Assembly: GCA_963727805.1 (NCBI GenBank)
Contig: CAVSHF010000003.1
Location: 512,001-576,000, forward strand
Source of the DNA: an uncultured Nitrospiraceae bacterium
Lineage (GTDB): Bacteria; Nitrospirota; Thermodesulfovibrionia; Thermodesulfovibrionales; Dissulfurispiraceae
Reading direction: 5' to 3'
Length of the DNA stretch: 64,000 nt
In this document: piece by piece, positions 10,205-21,039 of the stretch
Layout of the letters: every line of letters begins with the position of its first letter
Numbering within the stretch: position 1 is the first letter of the stretch
Program-made: the position numbers and the translations under genes
Notes under the pieces: model-generated
The model's input: only the letters and a program-made list of their open reading frames with translations
Told to the model about the DNA's origin: nothing
The model's database searches: none

Positions 10205-11164
10205 CTACTTGCTCAGCAGATACTCCGAAACCATGGACTTGATGCCGTCATTCACTGACTGACAAGGGCGCCAGCCAGTCATGCTTCGGAATAAAGTGGA
10301 ATCGACTACGAGAGATTCTGTGAGTCTTCCTATCATAGGACGCAAAGCAGGGATCATCGCGCCAATAATTGAAAAGGCTTTCCCGGGGATGTTGATCAAA
10401 TGCGGGTTTCGGTTCATAGCTCCGGCGATCAGCTTTATAAGCTCTGAAGTCGACAGGTCCTCACCATCACTAATAAGAAAAGTCTGTGCGGCGCATTCCG
10501 TGTTGGTAGCCGACATAAGAAGGACGTCGACAAGATTATCCAGTGAGATAAAGCTGCGTTTGTTACTAATTCCTCCAAATGGCAGTGGGTAGCCGCGGTC
10601 GATATATCTCAGTAATTTCAGCATGTTACCTCTTACCCCCGGACCGTATGCAAGCGGTGGTCTCATAATCACCATTTCAAGTCCGGTCCGCGATGATATG
10701 TCGTGAAGTGCCTCTTCAGCCTCCCACTTGGAGATGGAATAAGCATCTTGGGGGGATGGGCTATCGGTTTCGCGAAAGGGATTCGCCCCACTGCTTTCGC
10801 CGTTAACCTTTGCGGTGCTGACATACACGAATCTTTTAACGCCGGCTTGGACCGCCATCAAGGCCAAATGCCGAGAACCTTCAACATTTATGCGACGATA
10901 TTCCGCAAGTGGATGCTTCAATGATTCGTTCATGACATGGACGCGGGCGGCAAGATGAATGATGACATCCATACCCTTGAGGGCCGCCGACCAATCCGTA
11001 AACGGACCAATATCATTAACAACAGCAAAATCCAGACCCCCCGGGAGGCGAGACTTCACAATTTGTTTGAGTACGGCCCTGACCGAATATCCTTTCTCTG
11101 CCGCAGTGTGGCAAAGTTTACTGCCGACAAAACCATTTGCACCCGTAACCAGTAATGTATTCAC
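10205..11164 (-). CDS. NAD-dependent epimerase/4-reductase (WbpV-like)
   Basis: GANGFVG, HLAARVH, YSISK; GTG start at 11164 overlaps upstream TGA. Confidence 0.88.
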   Translation of the reverse strand: MNTLLVTGANGFVGSKLCHTAAEKGYSVRAVLKQIVKSRLPGGLDFAVVNDIGPFTDWSAALKGMDVIIHLAARVHVMNESLKHPLAEYRRINVEGSRHLALMAVQAGVKRFVYVSTAKVNGESSGANPFRETDSPSPQDAYSISKWEAEEALHDISSRTGLEMVIMRPPLAYGPGVRGNMLKLLRYIDRGYPLPFGGISNKRSFISLDNLVDVLLMSATNTECAAQTFLISDGEDLSTSELIKLIAGAMNRNPHLINIPGKAFSIIGAMIPALRPMIGRLTESLVVDSTLFRSMTGWRPCQSVNDGIKSMVSEYLLSK

Positions 11165-11925
11165 TCGACAACCAATTTTCTTCCGGTTAGTCGCCAATAG
11201 AACATCTGGGAAAAAAAGCGTATCATGCTGGCGAGATGCCACTTCAGATATCTCAAATTGCGATGGCTTTCGTGTCGTGCATCATGGATTATGGAAACTG
11301 AAGGGCACAGAAGAACTTTGTATCCCGCAAGCCACAATCGGGCACAGATGTCTACGTCCTCATAATAGAGAAAATAGTTTTCATCGAATCCTCCGATCTT
11401 TTTATAAGCAGCAGCAGGGAAAAGCATAAACATGCCGGCAACCCAATCCGGTGAAAAGCATTCTTCACCAATTTTGTACTCAAGCGCTTCACCTAATCCA
11501 CACAGCTTCGAGAGTATCCTTAAGGGATTAGGAAAACGCCTGGCGGTCTTCTCAACTACTCCTGCAGGATTAGCAACCAATGGAGCTACAACTCCTGTTC
11601 TTTCGTTGCCGCAGCACTCAATCAAGGTAGGCAAGGGATCGGAGGTCAATTTGATATCGGGGTTTAAGATGCAGAAAAATGATCCCTTGGCATATTTGAA
11701 TGCAGCGTTATGATTCGCGCCAAATCCTCTGGGGTTATCGTTCTGCATAACGCGAATCGGGAAGTTATATTTATCGCAGTTGAAGGAAAGTGTCTCCGGA
11801 ATATTTATTGTCAATAATACTTCTACATTGTTACAATGCCCGTTAATATCGTCCAAAAGGTCTTTTATAAACGAGCTTTGAGAATGGCTCACAATCGAAA
11901 GGCTGACTAGCGGTTGGGCATTCAT
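11161..11925 (-). CDS. GT2 glycosyltransferase (WbbL/rhamnosyltransferase-like)
   Basis: GFGANHN, LNPD, GGFDENYFLYYEDVD. Confidence 0.88.
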   Translation of the reverse strand: MNAQPLVSLSIVSHSQSSFIKDLLDDINGHCNNVEVLLTINIPETLSFNCDKYNFPIRVMQNDNPRGFGANHNAAFKYAKGSFFCILNPDIKLTSDPLPTLIECCGNERTGVVAPLVANPAGVVEKTARRFPNPLRILSKLCGLGEALEYKIGEECFSPDWVAGMFMLFPAAAYKKIGGFDENYFLYYEDVDICARLWLAGYKVLLCPSVSIIHDARHESHRNLRYLKWHLASMIRFFSQMFYWRLTGRKLVVE

Positions 11926-11987
11926 AATTTAAATTCAGACATCGACTTTGGCTATTTGTTAAAGATGTACCATCATATGCTAATTTG

Positions 11988-13835
11988 TCAGTCCTTACGC
12001 TTGCGGGATTTAATGAAAAATCGCAACAATGGTTTTAGACTATTCTTGTAAAAGCCATACGCTGATCGAAGAAGAGTCCCGACAAGAGGATGCTTATAGG
12101 ATATTGATCGATAAACATCTATTACATAGATTTGCCAGCCTAATTCTTTAGAATATTCAACTACTTGATTAAGCGTCATTGGCAACGAAATATCGTTCAG
12201 CTTTCGCCTGGCAACATCATAATAGTCATCGAGCTTTTCTTGTCGCTTTGTTGCAGTTTCAATTTTTGCTGGGACTCTGTACAGGGAGGTTGTTTTATTG
12301 ATAAGGAGAAAATCGTGCACTAGAGAATAACGAATCCAGAGATGCCAATCCTCAAGATTTTCGAGCCCAACGTCGAAACCGCCGTACTGATCATACAACG
12401 CCTTTTTAAATAAAATTGATTGTATAGGGATATAATTCTTATACCATAAAAGAGGCCGTGAGAATTTTTGCCTATAGAATATCTGCCTACTATGTTCAAT
12501 GTATTTTAATGGGGAATAAGATAATATTTCAGTTCCGACTTCATATGCTAGCGCGTATACCGCTCCAATGTCATTTCTCGAATAAAGTTCATTAACAAGA
12601 ACTTCAAAGTGATCAGCAAATAAGAGATCATCATCATCAAGAAAAGCCAAATAATCTCCTTTTGAGTATTCCAATCCTGTGTTTCCCGCAATGCATCTTC
12701 CGGCTTTTTGTATGCTAATATACTGAACAGATGCTAAAAGCTTGTTTTCCTTCAATTCCTCTGCAAACGGCCGGGCCTCTTCTGTGCCGTCTTCAACAAT
12801 AACAAGTTCTATATTGGGGTATGTCTGGTTAAGAATCGATTGTACAGCCTCTCTGAGTATTGACTCGCGTCCTTTATATGTGCGAACTATAACACTTACA
12901 AGTGGCGGGCAATCGAGGTTTTTCTTGAATTCGTAAAAAGCACCATCCCGAGCCTCTTCATAGTCCCATCTCATAAAGGAAAACTTCAGGCTGCTTTTCT
13001 TTCTGGTCAAGAGGAAATATGGCGCTTTCACTATCAGATTGGACGTTACTTTTAACAACCCCTTCAACTTATTTTCTACAGGATATGGCATCACCCAAAG
13101 TGTCGGAAACATGACAAATAATCCTAGTACTGTTGTCACATTTCCATAACGTAGCCTGAGCAGAGCATTCGCTAGAATGTTGCCAAAAAATTGAGTTGGT
13201 TTGAGTTCACGCGGTTTCGAATAACAATAATGCCAGCATACGGCTTTGGGGCAATAACGAAGTCTGTAGCCGCGATCACGCAATCTATATGAGATTTCGA
13301 CATCTTCGCCATACATGAATAAATGTGCCTCATAGCCCCCTATGGCAACAATTGCCTCCCTTCGAAAAAGAACACAGGCGCTGGAGGACCAGGTGGTTTC
13401 CAATGTGACAGGATTATACAACTTAGGATGTTCATATGGTTTTTGGCGAAATTCCCAGCACGCTACGTCATCTGCATCCACTTGAGCAATTCGGACTGCA
13501 TTTGCAATAGCGTCAGCATCAAAGGCTATGTCGACATTCGAAACAAGAAAATACGGAGATGCGCACAATGCAATATTTGCATTGTGTCCAGCCCCAAATC
13601 CGATATTTCCGGATGCCGAAATCTCAAATGAAGCAAATTGTTTTGAGCACGTGAGCTTTTGATGATCAATTTTTTGCACTGTATCGTCAACTGAGCCATT
13701 GTCATGTATCAATACATTTATTCGATCAATTGGATATTCCTGTAACAATAAACTCGAGAAAAATATTTCAATCCACTCAGAGGAGTTGAAAGTAACTATA
13801 GATAGATCTACAAAAGGGTACGAACAGGTTTTCAT
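11988..13835 (-). CDS. Two-domain GT2 glycosyltransferase
   Basis: First GT2 (DNGSVD, FMYGEDV) and second GT2 (VSVIVRT, FLDDDD, LEDW). Confidence 0.88.
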   Translation of the reverse strand: MKTCSYPFVDLSIVTFNSSEWIEIFFSSLLLQEYPIDRINVLIHDNGSVDDTVQKIDHQKLTCSKQFASFEISASGNIGFGAGHNANIALCASPYFLVSNVDIAFDADAIANAVRIAQVDADDVACWEFRQKPYEHPKLYNPVTLETTWSSSACVLFRREAIVAIGGYEAHLFMYGEDVEISYRLRDRGYRLRYCPKAVCWHYCYSKPRELKPTQFFGNILANALLRLRYGNVTTVLGLFVMFPTLWVMPYPVENKLKGLLKVTSNLIVKAPYFLLTRKKSSLKFSFMRWDYEEARDGAFYEFKKNLDCPPLVSVIVRTYKGRESILREAVQSILNQTYPNIELVIVEDGTEEARPFAEELKENKLLASVQYISIQKAGRCIAGNTGLEYSKGDYLAFLDDDDLLFADHFEVLVNELYSRNDIGAVYALAYEVGTEILSYSPLKYIEHSRQIFYRQKFSRPLLWYKNYIPIQSILFKKALYDQYGGFDVGLENLEDWHLWIRYSLVHDFLLINKTTSLYRVPAKIETATKRQEKLDDYYDVARRKLNDISLPMTLNQVVEYSKELGWQIYVIDVYRSISYKHPLVGTLLRSAYGFYKNSLKPLLRFFIKSRKRKD

Positions 13836-13915
13836 ATCATTCTTTGGTTGTCACTTGTGAAATGCGTTCTCAGCTTCAAAACGTCAGTGCAATTACGGGA
13901 AGCCGAAGTAGCGCT

Positions 13916-15070
13916 TTACTGCGATCGTTCCTCTCCCACCTTTGCGGGTATAGGCAAGTCGTTCTCTTGTGGAGATAATCTGTCGACTTTAGTGCCACGG
14001 AGTATCCCCGGAAGGGCAAGCGATGAATTAGCGAAAGATATCATCTGCTTTAGTTTTAAAGTAGGGTTTTCCACAAAGTGCCACGAAAGAATCGCGAGGA
14101 TCAATGTTATGCAAAATGACATAGCAATAAACGCTGAGACGCCGATTCCAGGGCCATACGAGTTCATTATAATTTGCTGCACGGGAAAAGCAAAAACATA
14201 GATACCATATGAAAAGTCACCGAATCTGCCAAAATTGTGCAGTCTTCCAATCTTCATATATGCAAAGTGAATGACCAAATATGGGAGCGCAAGCTGTGTG
14301 ACAATGGGTCCATATGGAGTATGAAATGAAGCGATCACTAGAACGATTAAACAGAAGAATACGTCGTTTCGCAGCGATATCTTCCGCTTGAAAAGGTACA
14401 TGGCGGAACCGGCAAAAAAATACGCGCCCAGCTTAAAAAATTGAAGGACAGGGATTATCCCGAGTACAACATACTTACTTATTTCCGTGGCTTTGAGATA
14501 ACAGAGCACGAAAACAATCACTACATAAAGAATAAATCGTGTGGACAGAAGTCGTGTAAGACCAAAAGCAAAAACCAACAAATACATGACAAATTCCACT
14601 GGCAGCGTCCAAAGAGAGCCATTGACAGCGTTCGGAAACGGATTGGAAGCGAAAAGACCCGGCAGGTTATAGTGAGGAGATAGAATGATGTTTTTCAAAT
14701 AGTTCCACGTCAACGGACTCCTGAAATAGTCTCGCAGATCAATATTCGTAAATAATGGCCCAATAACGAAGATAGCAAGGAGCGCAGTTACGGTCAGAGC
14801 AGGAAAGAGACGGAGGGCTCGTTTCCAAAAAAAGTGCAACCAATTTTTGGAGTTTAAGTACGATCCGCTGACCAGATAGCCGCTTATTATGAAGAAAATT
14901 GCTACGGCCACTCCACCGCCAGTCTCAAACCCTGTCAATCTTACCATGGGTTCTTCTGCATTCCGCCCTGAAAGCGCATAGCAGTGACTGAACAGCACAA
15001 GAGTAGCTGCTGCGAAACGCAGGAAATCAAAACTGTTTCGGTGGTCTGGGTTACTCACCTGCTTTCTCAT
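13916..15070 (-). CDS. Acyltransferase-3 family O-acyltransferase
   Basis: FDFLRF, FFIISGYL, RALRLFP, NGSLWTLPVE, SYGIY, SWHFVE; polytopic. Confidence 0.9.
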   Translation of the reverse strand: MRKQVSNPDHRNSFDFLRFAAATLVLFSHCYALSGRNAEEPMVRLTGFETGGGVAVAIFFIISGYLVSGSYLNSKNWLHFFWKRALRLFPALTVTALLAIFVIGPLFTNIDLRDYFRSPLTWNYLKNIILSPHYNLPGLFASNPFPNAVNGSLWTLPVEFVMYLLVFAFGLTRLLSTRFILYVVIVFVLCYLKATEISKYVVLGIIPVLQFFKLGAYFFAGSAMYLFKRKISLRNDVFFCLIVLVIASFHTPYGPIVTQLALPYLVIHFAYMKIGRLHNFGRFGDFSYGIYVFAFPVQQIIMNSYGPGIGVSAFIAMSFCITLILAILSWHFVENPTLKLKQMISFANSSLALPGILRGTKVDRLSPQENDLPIPAKVGEERSQ

Positions 15071-15306
15071 AATAAAATTTTCCCTGACATCTTTTACCTC
15101 GTTTAGCAATCGACCAACGTTTCACTTATTATAATATCATTTAGGTCAATAACGTGTCAGAAATAAAAACAGCTTGCTCTTCAAGTTATATAATGCATCG
15201 AGCTAGTGTGATTTCGCCAAATCAAAGAACCGCGATTGAGACTCCAAGTGATTATAGGTAAATATAATTTTAACAGGTGGAAAAGTCCAATCCAGACAAC
15301 TTGTAA

Positions 15307-16224
15307 TCAGTGGCTTCGTCTGAGCCAGATGCTGCCCCCTCCTCCAAGTTTTGGGAAGCGGGGGAATACGCTTTTAACTTCCTCAAGGTGATACATTGCC
15401 ATAAAATAGGATGCCCAGATAACTTCGAAACTGTCATTAAACTGAAGAAATGCCCTAAGCAAATACTGCTCATTCCAGTTTCGCCCCTCGTCGATAACCC
15501 ATTTCTTATCATATTCCTGCGGTAAAAAGATATCATGAATGTGAATCATTACTCCCGGTTTCAATCGCGGAATAATCTCAAAAAAAAGATAATTAACATC
15601 GCTGCCAGCTTTTGTTACGTGAGAGGAATCGATAAACAAAATATCACCCTTGCCTAACTTCTCAAAAAATACAATAGGCAGATCCTCAACCTTACTGACA
15701 ATCAGTTTGGTGATACCATCGACACCATCAAGCAAAAATTGACGCGGGAACGGCTCGATGCATGTTAAGTCCATACGGCGTCCCAGTAATCGTCGATTCA
15801 GATCCGCTGCGATGAGAGAGGAAAATCCGCTGCCGATCTCAATCATATGTGCTGGTTTGTAATGGGCAAGAATTGTAAAAAGCACTTCAGCATCTAAAAC
15901 GGGGAATTGATCGTTCGAATAATAATAGAGGGCAGGATCCGCGGGAGGATTTACAGGATAATCAATAAAGCTGACATAGGGGGCCAGATTTCTCAGCAAT
16001 AAAAGTTGTTCCTGTTCATTGAAGCGAATGCCCGGCATTTCCCTGGCAGTATGCCAGATGAGCGTTTCTCGTCGGCGCATGTCATTAGGGTCAACGAACG
16101 GGGAATAGAAATGACCCAATGGGAAAAGATGCTTAATGCCGTCCGTCTTGCACATCATAATCCGTCGCAACCAAGATTTTAAATAGTAGAGATTCAATTG
16201 CATGCTTGCCCTCGCTGAAAACAT
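15307..16224 (-). CDS. Class I SAM-dependent methyltransferase (Methyltransf_24-like); start uncertain
   Basis: EIGSGFSS, LFIDSSH, HIHDIF, WNEQY. Confidence 0.85.
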   Translation of the reverse strand: MFSARASMQLNLYYLKSWLRRIMMCKTDGIKHLFPLGHFYSPFVDPNDMRRRETLIWHTAREMPGIRFNEQEQLLLLRNLAPYVSFIDYPVNPPADPALYYYSNDQFPVLDAEVLFTILAHYKPAHMIEIGSGFSSLIAADLNRRLLGRRMDLTCIEPFPRQFLLDGVDGITKLIVSKVEDLPIVFFEKLGKGDILFIDSSHVTKAGSDVNYLFFEIIPRLKPGVMIHIHDIFLPQEYDKKWVIDEGRNWNEQYLLRAFLQFNDSFEVIWASYFMAMYHLEEVKSVFPRFPKLGGGGSIWLRRSH

Positions 16225-16257
16225 TTCGAAGATATTTTCCAGTGGATCATTATGTTA

Positions 16258-17934
16258 TTATTGCCTTTTTGCTCGGGATAGTAATTTCAAAATGTTACAT
16301 CTCATTTTCCAAGTGCGGGTATTTTTCATATTCTCTATTTCCGTCTCTAATTGCTTAGTTTTCACGTCCAACTCATCAACTGCACTGATCATCCTCTTCT
16401 CGTATTCCCGCAGATAGTGTACACGCATAAAATCAATCTGATCACGTCTCAAAAGATGATTTGCTCTCTTCAACAAGATCCCAAGACCATAAGACTGCAA
16501 AAAATCGACGACTTCGTATTCCTTTCTTAATTCGCTCAAGAGACGGAAGACGCCGAAGTCCCGCTCATAGACGGCCGTGTCATGAAGCAGAATAATACCA
16601 TCAGATTTGACTTTCTTTGACCATGTATCATAATCATGCTTAACCGCATCATAAGTATGCAATCCATCGATATGTAATATATCTATTGAGTTATCTTCGA
16701 ACTGGGATACCGCATCGTCAAAGGTTTTCTGAATCAGTTTACAATTCAAACCACTGTAACATGAATTGACGATTTTCCTGACGCCGTCAAGAATGTCGCT
16801 CTCATAGAAACCGGAATGTTTGTCACCCTGCCAAGTATCGATAGCATATAGTTCCGTATCAAGAAAACCGTCTTTAACTGCCTGGCAAAAGGAAAAAAAT
16901 GAAGTTCCTTTATACGTTCCAAGTTCGACAATTCGCTGCGGTTTTATATTTCGAACGAGATCATAGGCAAAACACTTATGTCCTGCCCAGGCATACGTGA
17001 TGTCATTGAAAAAGGTTTCATATTCAAATACGGGGGAGTGATAAGCCCAGGTCTCATTCGCGGAGGTTAAATCAGAAAAAGAAAATTTACTTACGATTCC
17101 CTCCATGATCAATTGTGCGGCCCTATCTTCTCGGAGAATCAGCAAGTCATATTCTTGATCCAGTGTGCCTTTTTTGTAGCTCTCATACCATCTTCGCCAG
17201 TGGAAACATATCCGTTGGCTAAGCTTTTGATTGCGATCACACGAACTGCCCCCATATATGACTTTTTGCGTAAAGTGTTGATAACTTCTTATTGGAAAGT
17301 GATAAATTGTAATGTCTCTGGATAAGCCTTTTTTCATGAATCCATTATCGACGACATCGTGATTTCCCGCCAACACTTCAAATAATCCATCGGTTGTTCT
17401 AAAAATCACCTTCTGGGGGTATTTAAATAAATAGAGATTTTCACGCAACGAATCTATTTCGAGGTCCGAGGTAGTAAATGGCTTTACAACTGCGTAAATA
17501 GCATCTCCGGGAAAGCTTTCTTGTTTACTGCGGTCTGCTAGCAGTACATTTACGAAAGGAACAGAAAGGACATTATTGGCAGTTGTTGAAATCTCATTTT
17601 TCAAATTTCCAGATCGGGGAAACCAAAATTCATCTGCATCACAATGAATCATATACTCAGCATTGAATTTCTTGTGTGCAATTTCTGCCATCCTGTTGAC
17701 CCAATGTGCCTGTGCGTAATTCTGTTGCGGTTCCAAGATCAGATGGAGGTTGCCTTTTTGTTTGTACTCTTCCAGAATCTCAATCGTACCATCAATAGAT
17801 CCGTTGTCCGTCGCAATAATATAGTCAACACCGTGGTTTAAATGGAACTCGATGTTATGTCGAATGATATCCGCTTCATCTCGAACGAGAAGTGTCATTA
17901 CTAATTTTTTTGAATTATTGTGAATGCTTCCCAT
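16258..17934 (-). CDS. GT2-like + SAM methyltransferase fusion with C-terminal coiled-coil-like tail
   Basis: N: LVRDEAD, DNGSIDGT, DADEF; middle: ELGTYKGTS, LHIDGLHTY; tail ELDVKTKQLETEIENMKNTRTWK. Confidence 0.82.
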   Translation of the reverse strand: MGSIHNNSKKLVMTLLVRDEADIIRHNIEFHLNHGVDYIIATDNGSIDGTIEILEEYKQKGNLHLILEPQQNYAQAHWVNRMAEIAHKKFNAEYMIHCDADEFWFPRSGNLKNEISTTANNVLSVPFVNVLLADRSKQESFPGDAIYAVVKPFTTSDLEIDSLRENLYLFKYPQKVIFRTTDGLFEVLAGNHDVVDNGFMKKGLSRDITIYHFPIRSYQHFTQKVIYGGSSCDRNQKLSQRICFHWRRWYESYKKGTLDQEYDLLILREDRAAQLIMEGIVSKFSFSDLTSANETWAYHSPVFEYETFFNDITYAWAGHKCFAYDLVRNIKPQRIVELGTYKGTSFFSFCQAVKDGFLDTELYAIDTWQGDKHSGFYESDILDGVRKIVNSCYSGLNCKLIQKTFDDAVSQFEDNSIDILHIDGLHTYDAVKHDYDTWSKKVKSDGIILLHDTAVYERDFGVFRLLSELRKEYEVVDFLQSYGLGILLKRANHLLRRDQIDFMRVHYLREYEKRMISAVDELDVKTKQLETEIENMKNTRTWKMRCNILKLLSRAKRQ

Positions 17935-18011
17935 TTTTCACCTCAAAATAACTGCCATTGAAAGTACCCAGATCCTCTGAATTTTGATCGGTTCTACTAT
18001 CCATCTCACTT

Positions 18012-18686
18012 TTAACGTTTTACTATATAATATATCCGATGTTCGCTCTGTTCTATCCTGTCGGACAATTTATTAATTGACAAATAATCGTGAACGGCCC
18101 TGGAGCATCCATCCCAGAAGTAATAATCATCAAGAATGATTACTCCACCCTTTGCCACTTTAGGATACAAACTGTTTAAACAATCAAAAGTAGATTCGTA
18201 CCAATCACCGTCTAACCGCAACACAGCTATTTCACTTGTAAAGGTATAGTGCCTTAGTGTGTCGGAAAACCACCCCTTTACAATGTCCACCTCATGCGCA
18301 TGCGATAACTCCATAGCTCTTTTTGCGAAGTCAATATCAGCTTTACAGTTCTCATAGTAGAGCGGAGCCTCTTTATTTTTTTGCCATGCCACAGCTGCAG
18401 CCCCATCGATTTCTTGAGCCTCCGGTAATCCTTCAAAACTGTCAAAAAGAATATATGCTCGTTCATCTCCTAACATGTCGGCAATCCCGGCTATCATACC
18501 GCCGCGCCATACACCGCACTCCACGATACATCCTGGAACAGCAAACTTTCTGCAAAGATCCAAATTCCCCAAATAGATAGATTCAGGAATCATGGTAAAT
18601 TCTCTGTATTTTGAGTAAATAGCCCTATATTGGCGCAGCAGTAACTGTCGTTGAAGAATTTCTTTAATAGTTTGTAGTAATAGCAT
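18012..18686 (-). CDS. TylF/MycF/NovP-family sugar O-methyltransferase
   Basis: VECGVWRGG, FDSFEG, KGWFSDTL, LRLDGDWYEST, DDY. Confidence 0.92.
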   Translation of the reverse strand: MLLLQTIKEILQRQLLLRQYRAIYSKYREFTMIPESIYLGNLDLCRKFAVPGCIVECGVWRGGMIAGIADMLGDERAYILFDSFEGLPEAQEIDGAAAVAWQKNKEAPLYYENCKADIDFAKRAMELSHAHEVDIVKGWFSDTLRHYTFTSEIAVLRLDGDWYESTFDCLNSLYPKVAKGGVIILDDYYFWDGCSRAVHDYLSINKLSDRIEQSEHRIYYIVKR

Positions 18687-18759
18687 TGCCCTTCCCTATG
18701 ATCCTCTCTCTGACGATCTTAAACGGTGAAAGCAATATCAATGTCGAAAAATCGTCATC

Positions 18760-18825
18760 TCAGGGTACTACTTCAGATACACGGCCGGAAAAGCAGGCAG
18801 AATGTACCTTTGAATTTTTATTCAC
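18760..18825 (-). pseudogene. Possible 5' remnant of GDP-L-fucose synthase (fcl)
   Basis: GTG directly after wzt stop reads MNKNSKVHSACFSGRV, resembling Fcl N-termini (MNKNSKIYVAGHRGLV type); stop after 21 codons. Confidence 0.35.
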
Positions 18826-20118
18826 TTATAATTTATCAGTGCTCCATTTAAGTTTAGGAGCAACGACTCCTGGCAACTTTACTGACGAGATAGCACCACC
18901 TTGCCTCGCACTATGTATTACGAAGTCAAGAACTTCTGTTCCCGGAGCTAATATCCTTATGCCCGGGACTCCAACTGTCGCAAATATTTTAACTATATAT
19001 CGTCCCTTATTTAATAAGTAGGAAGGAATCGTGCATATTGTCCGATGAACACCAATAGTGGTTAGTTCATCCCTTTGATTTTGATCGGTAGATGAAAATG
19101 CAACGATGCCCTCCGAATTGATAATTTCCAAATAAAAAGACATTCCGATAACGTTATCAAGCATGTTATATGTAATTTCTATGTTTATCGGGTTTTCAGC
19201 ATCAAACCGCGAATGTGCATGACTTTCTGTGCCTACAAGTCTGACTGAAATCAACTTCAGCTCGCTCCCGCCCGGAGCTTCTTCAACATTGGGCCAGTGT
19301 ATCTCGCCACTATGAGATAATTTATCGATGCTTGAAAGCATATAAAGATCTACAACTTTTGAGCTTGTGTCATGAGTCAACAATCTACCTTGTGAAAGCA
19401 GTAATGCCACATTGCAAAGTGTTTTGACAGCGCCAAGATTATGACTAACAAACAATATGGTTTTCCCTAGTTTTCCGATATCTTCCATTTTGCTAAGGCA
19501 TTTTTTTTGAAACTGTGCATCTCCAACTGCAAGCACTTCATCCACAATCAAGATTTCTGGTTCAAGATGTGCTGCGACGGCGAATGCAAGTCGAACGTAC
19601 ATCCCTGATGAATAGCGCTTTACCGGGGTGTCGAGAAACTTCTCGACCTCGGCGAAAGAAACGATCTCGTCGAACTTTCTGTTGATTTCGGCCTTTGTCA
19701 TGCCAAGAATTGCTCCATTCAGGTAAATGTTTTCTCGACCAGTTAGCTCAGGATGAAAACCAGTACCGACTTCCAAAAGGCTTGCTATCCTTCCTCTGAC
19801 CTTCAAGCACCCTTTAGTCGGAGCTGTAACACGAGAGAGAATTTTTAAGAGTGTTGATTTTCCAGCCCCGTTCCCTCCAATTATACCGACTGCCTCTCCC
19901 TGCTTCACTTCGAATGAAACGTCTCGAAGAGCCAAGAAACGGCCATTTTCAGAAGATCTAGCCTGAGTACCGAGAGGAGAGATTATTGAGTTCGGGTCTT
20001 CCCTGCCTCGTATTCTAGCCCACCAACTCTGTAAATCCCGGTAAAGAGCGCGATGGCTAATGGTACCAAGCCTGTATTCCTTGTATAAATTCTCGACACT
20101 AATTACGACATCGCTCAT
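18826..20118 (-). CDS. wzt: Polysaccharide ABC exporter ATPase with C-terminal Wzt_C domain
   Basis: GGNGAGKST, YSSGMYVRLAF, DEVLAVGD, long C-terminal extension. Confidence 0.93.
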   Translation of the reverse strand: MSDVVISVENLYKEYRLGTISHRALYRDLQSWWARIRGREDPNSIISPLGTQARSSENGRFLALRDVSFEVKQGEAVGIIGGNGAGKSTLLKILSRVTAPTKGCLKVRGRIASLLEVGTGFHPELTGRENIYLNGAILGMTKAEINRKFDEIVSFAEVEKFLDTPVKRYSSGMYVRLAFAVAAHLEPEILIVDEVLAVGDAQFQKKCLSKMEDIGKLGKTILFVSHNLGAVKTLCNVALLLSQGRLLTHDTSSKVVDLYMLSSIDKLSHSGEIHWPNVEEAPGGSELKLISVRLVGTESHAHSRFDAENPINIEITYNMLDNVIGMSFYLEIINSEGIVAFSSTDQNQRDELTTIGVHRTICTIPSYLLNKGRYIVKIFATVGVPGIRILAPGTEVLDFVIHSARQGGAISSVKLPGVVAPKLKWSTDKL

Positions 20119-20969
20119 TAAACGGTATCCATGAAAGTTTTTTCGACACGACTAAAAAGGACTATGCCTAAGACCAAGACCAGTACAGTTATGCCAAGAC
20201 TGATGCCCCACTGCCAATAATGAATTGTTCCGGTTCCTAAAAAGGCACAGCGAAATATCTCCATAACCGCTGCGACAGGGTTCAGCGCATATATCCATTG
20301 CCACTTTAGCGGAATTTGAGACATCGGATAAACCACAGGAGTTGCGTACATCCACAGTTGCACGCCAAAGCCTACAACAAAGGTGAAATCCCTATACCTA
20401 GTGGTCAATGAAGAAATCAAGATGCCAAATCCCAGACCAAGGGCAGCCATCTGCAACAACAGAAAGGGTGTGACAAGAATCCACTTGGTAAAATAAATAT
20501 GAGCTCCTCGGCTATAAAAAAACACCCAAAATATCAAAAAAAGGCTCAACTGGATCGCAAAAGTCATCATGTTAGTGATAACTATTGAAAGTGGAACCGC
20601 AAGACGTGGAAAATATACCTTGCCAAATATTGCCGCGTTAGCGTTAAACGTATCAGATGTTTTAGTGAAACAGCTTGCAAAGTACTGCCAAACAACTATT
20701 CCCGATAGATAAAACAGAACTGGAGGTAACCCGTCAGTGGGTATGCTCGCGATAAAGCTGAAGACAATGGTAAAGACGAGCGTAGAGAACAGGGGCTGCA
20801 ATAAAAACCAGAGAGGCCCGAGAATGGTTTGCTTATATATGGCGACAAAATCACGCCGCACAAACAGCATTACTAAGTCGCGATATCTCCATAAGTCGAT
20901 AAGATGAATATCGATCCATCCGCTTTTTGGACGGATTATCATTGTCCAGGGCTCTTTTTCTATATCCAC
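20118..20969 (-). CDS. wzm: Polysaccharide ABC exporter permease
   Basis: YKQTILGPLW, KVYFPR, YATPVVYP, LNP; overlaps wzt start. Confidence 0.93.
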   Translation of the reverse strand: MDIEKEPWTMIIRPKSGWIDIHLIDLWRYRDLVMLFVRRDFVAIYKQTILGPLWFLLQPLFSTLVFTIVFSFIASIPTDGLPPVLFYLSGIVVWQYFASCFTKTSDTFNANAAIFGKVYFPRLAVPLSIVITNMMTFAIQLSLFLIFWVFFYSRGAHIYFTKWILVTPFLLLQMAALGLGFGILISSLTTRYRDFTFVVGFGVQLWMYATPVVYPMSQIPLKWQWIYALNPVAAVMEIFRCAFLGTGTIHYWQWGISLGITVLVLVLGIVLFSRVEKTFMDTV

Positions 20970-21039
20970 CCGAATCTTACCCCTTTAATATGCGGTACAT
21001 TACAGCACGTCTATCGTAATATTTGCGAGGCATTATCAT

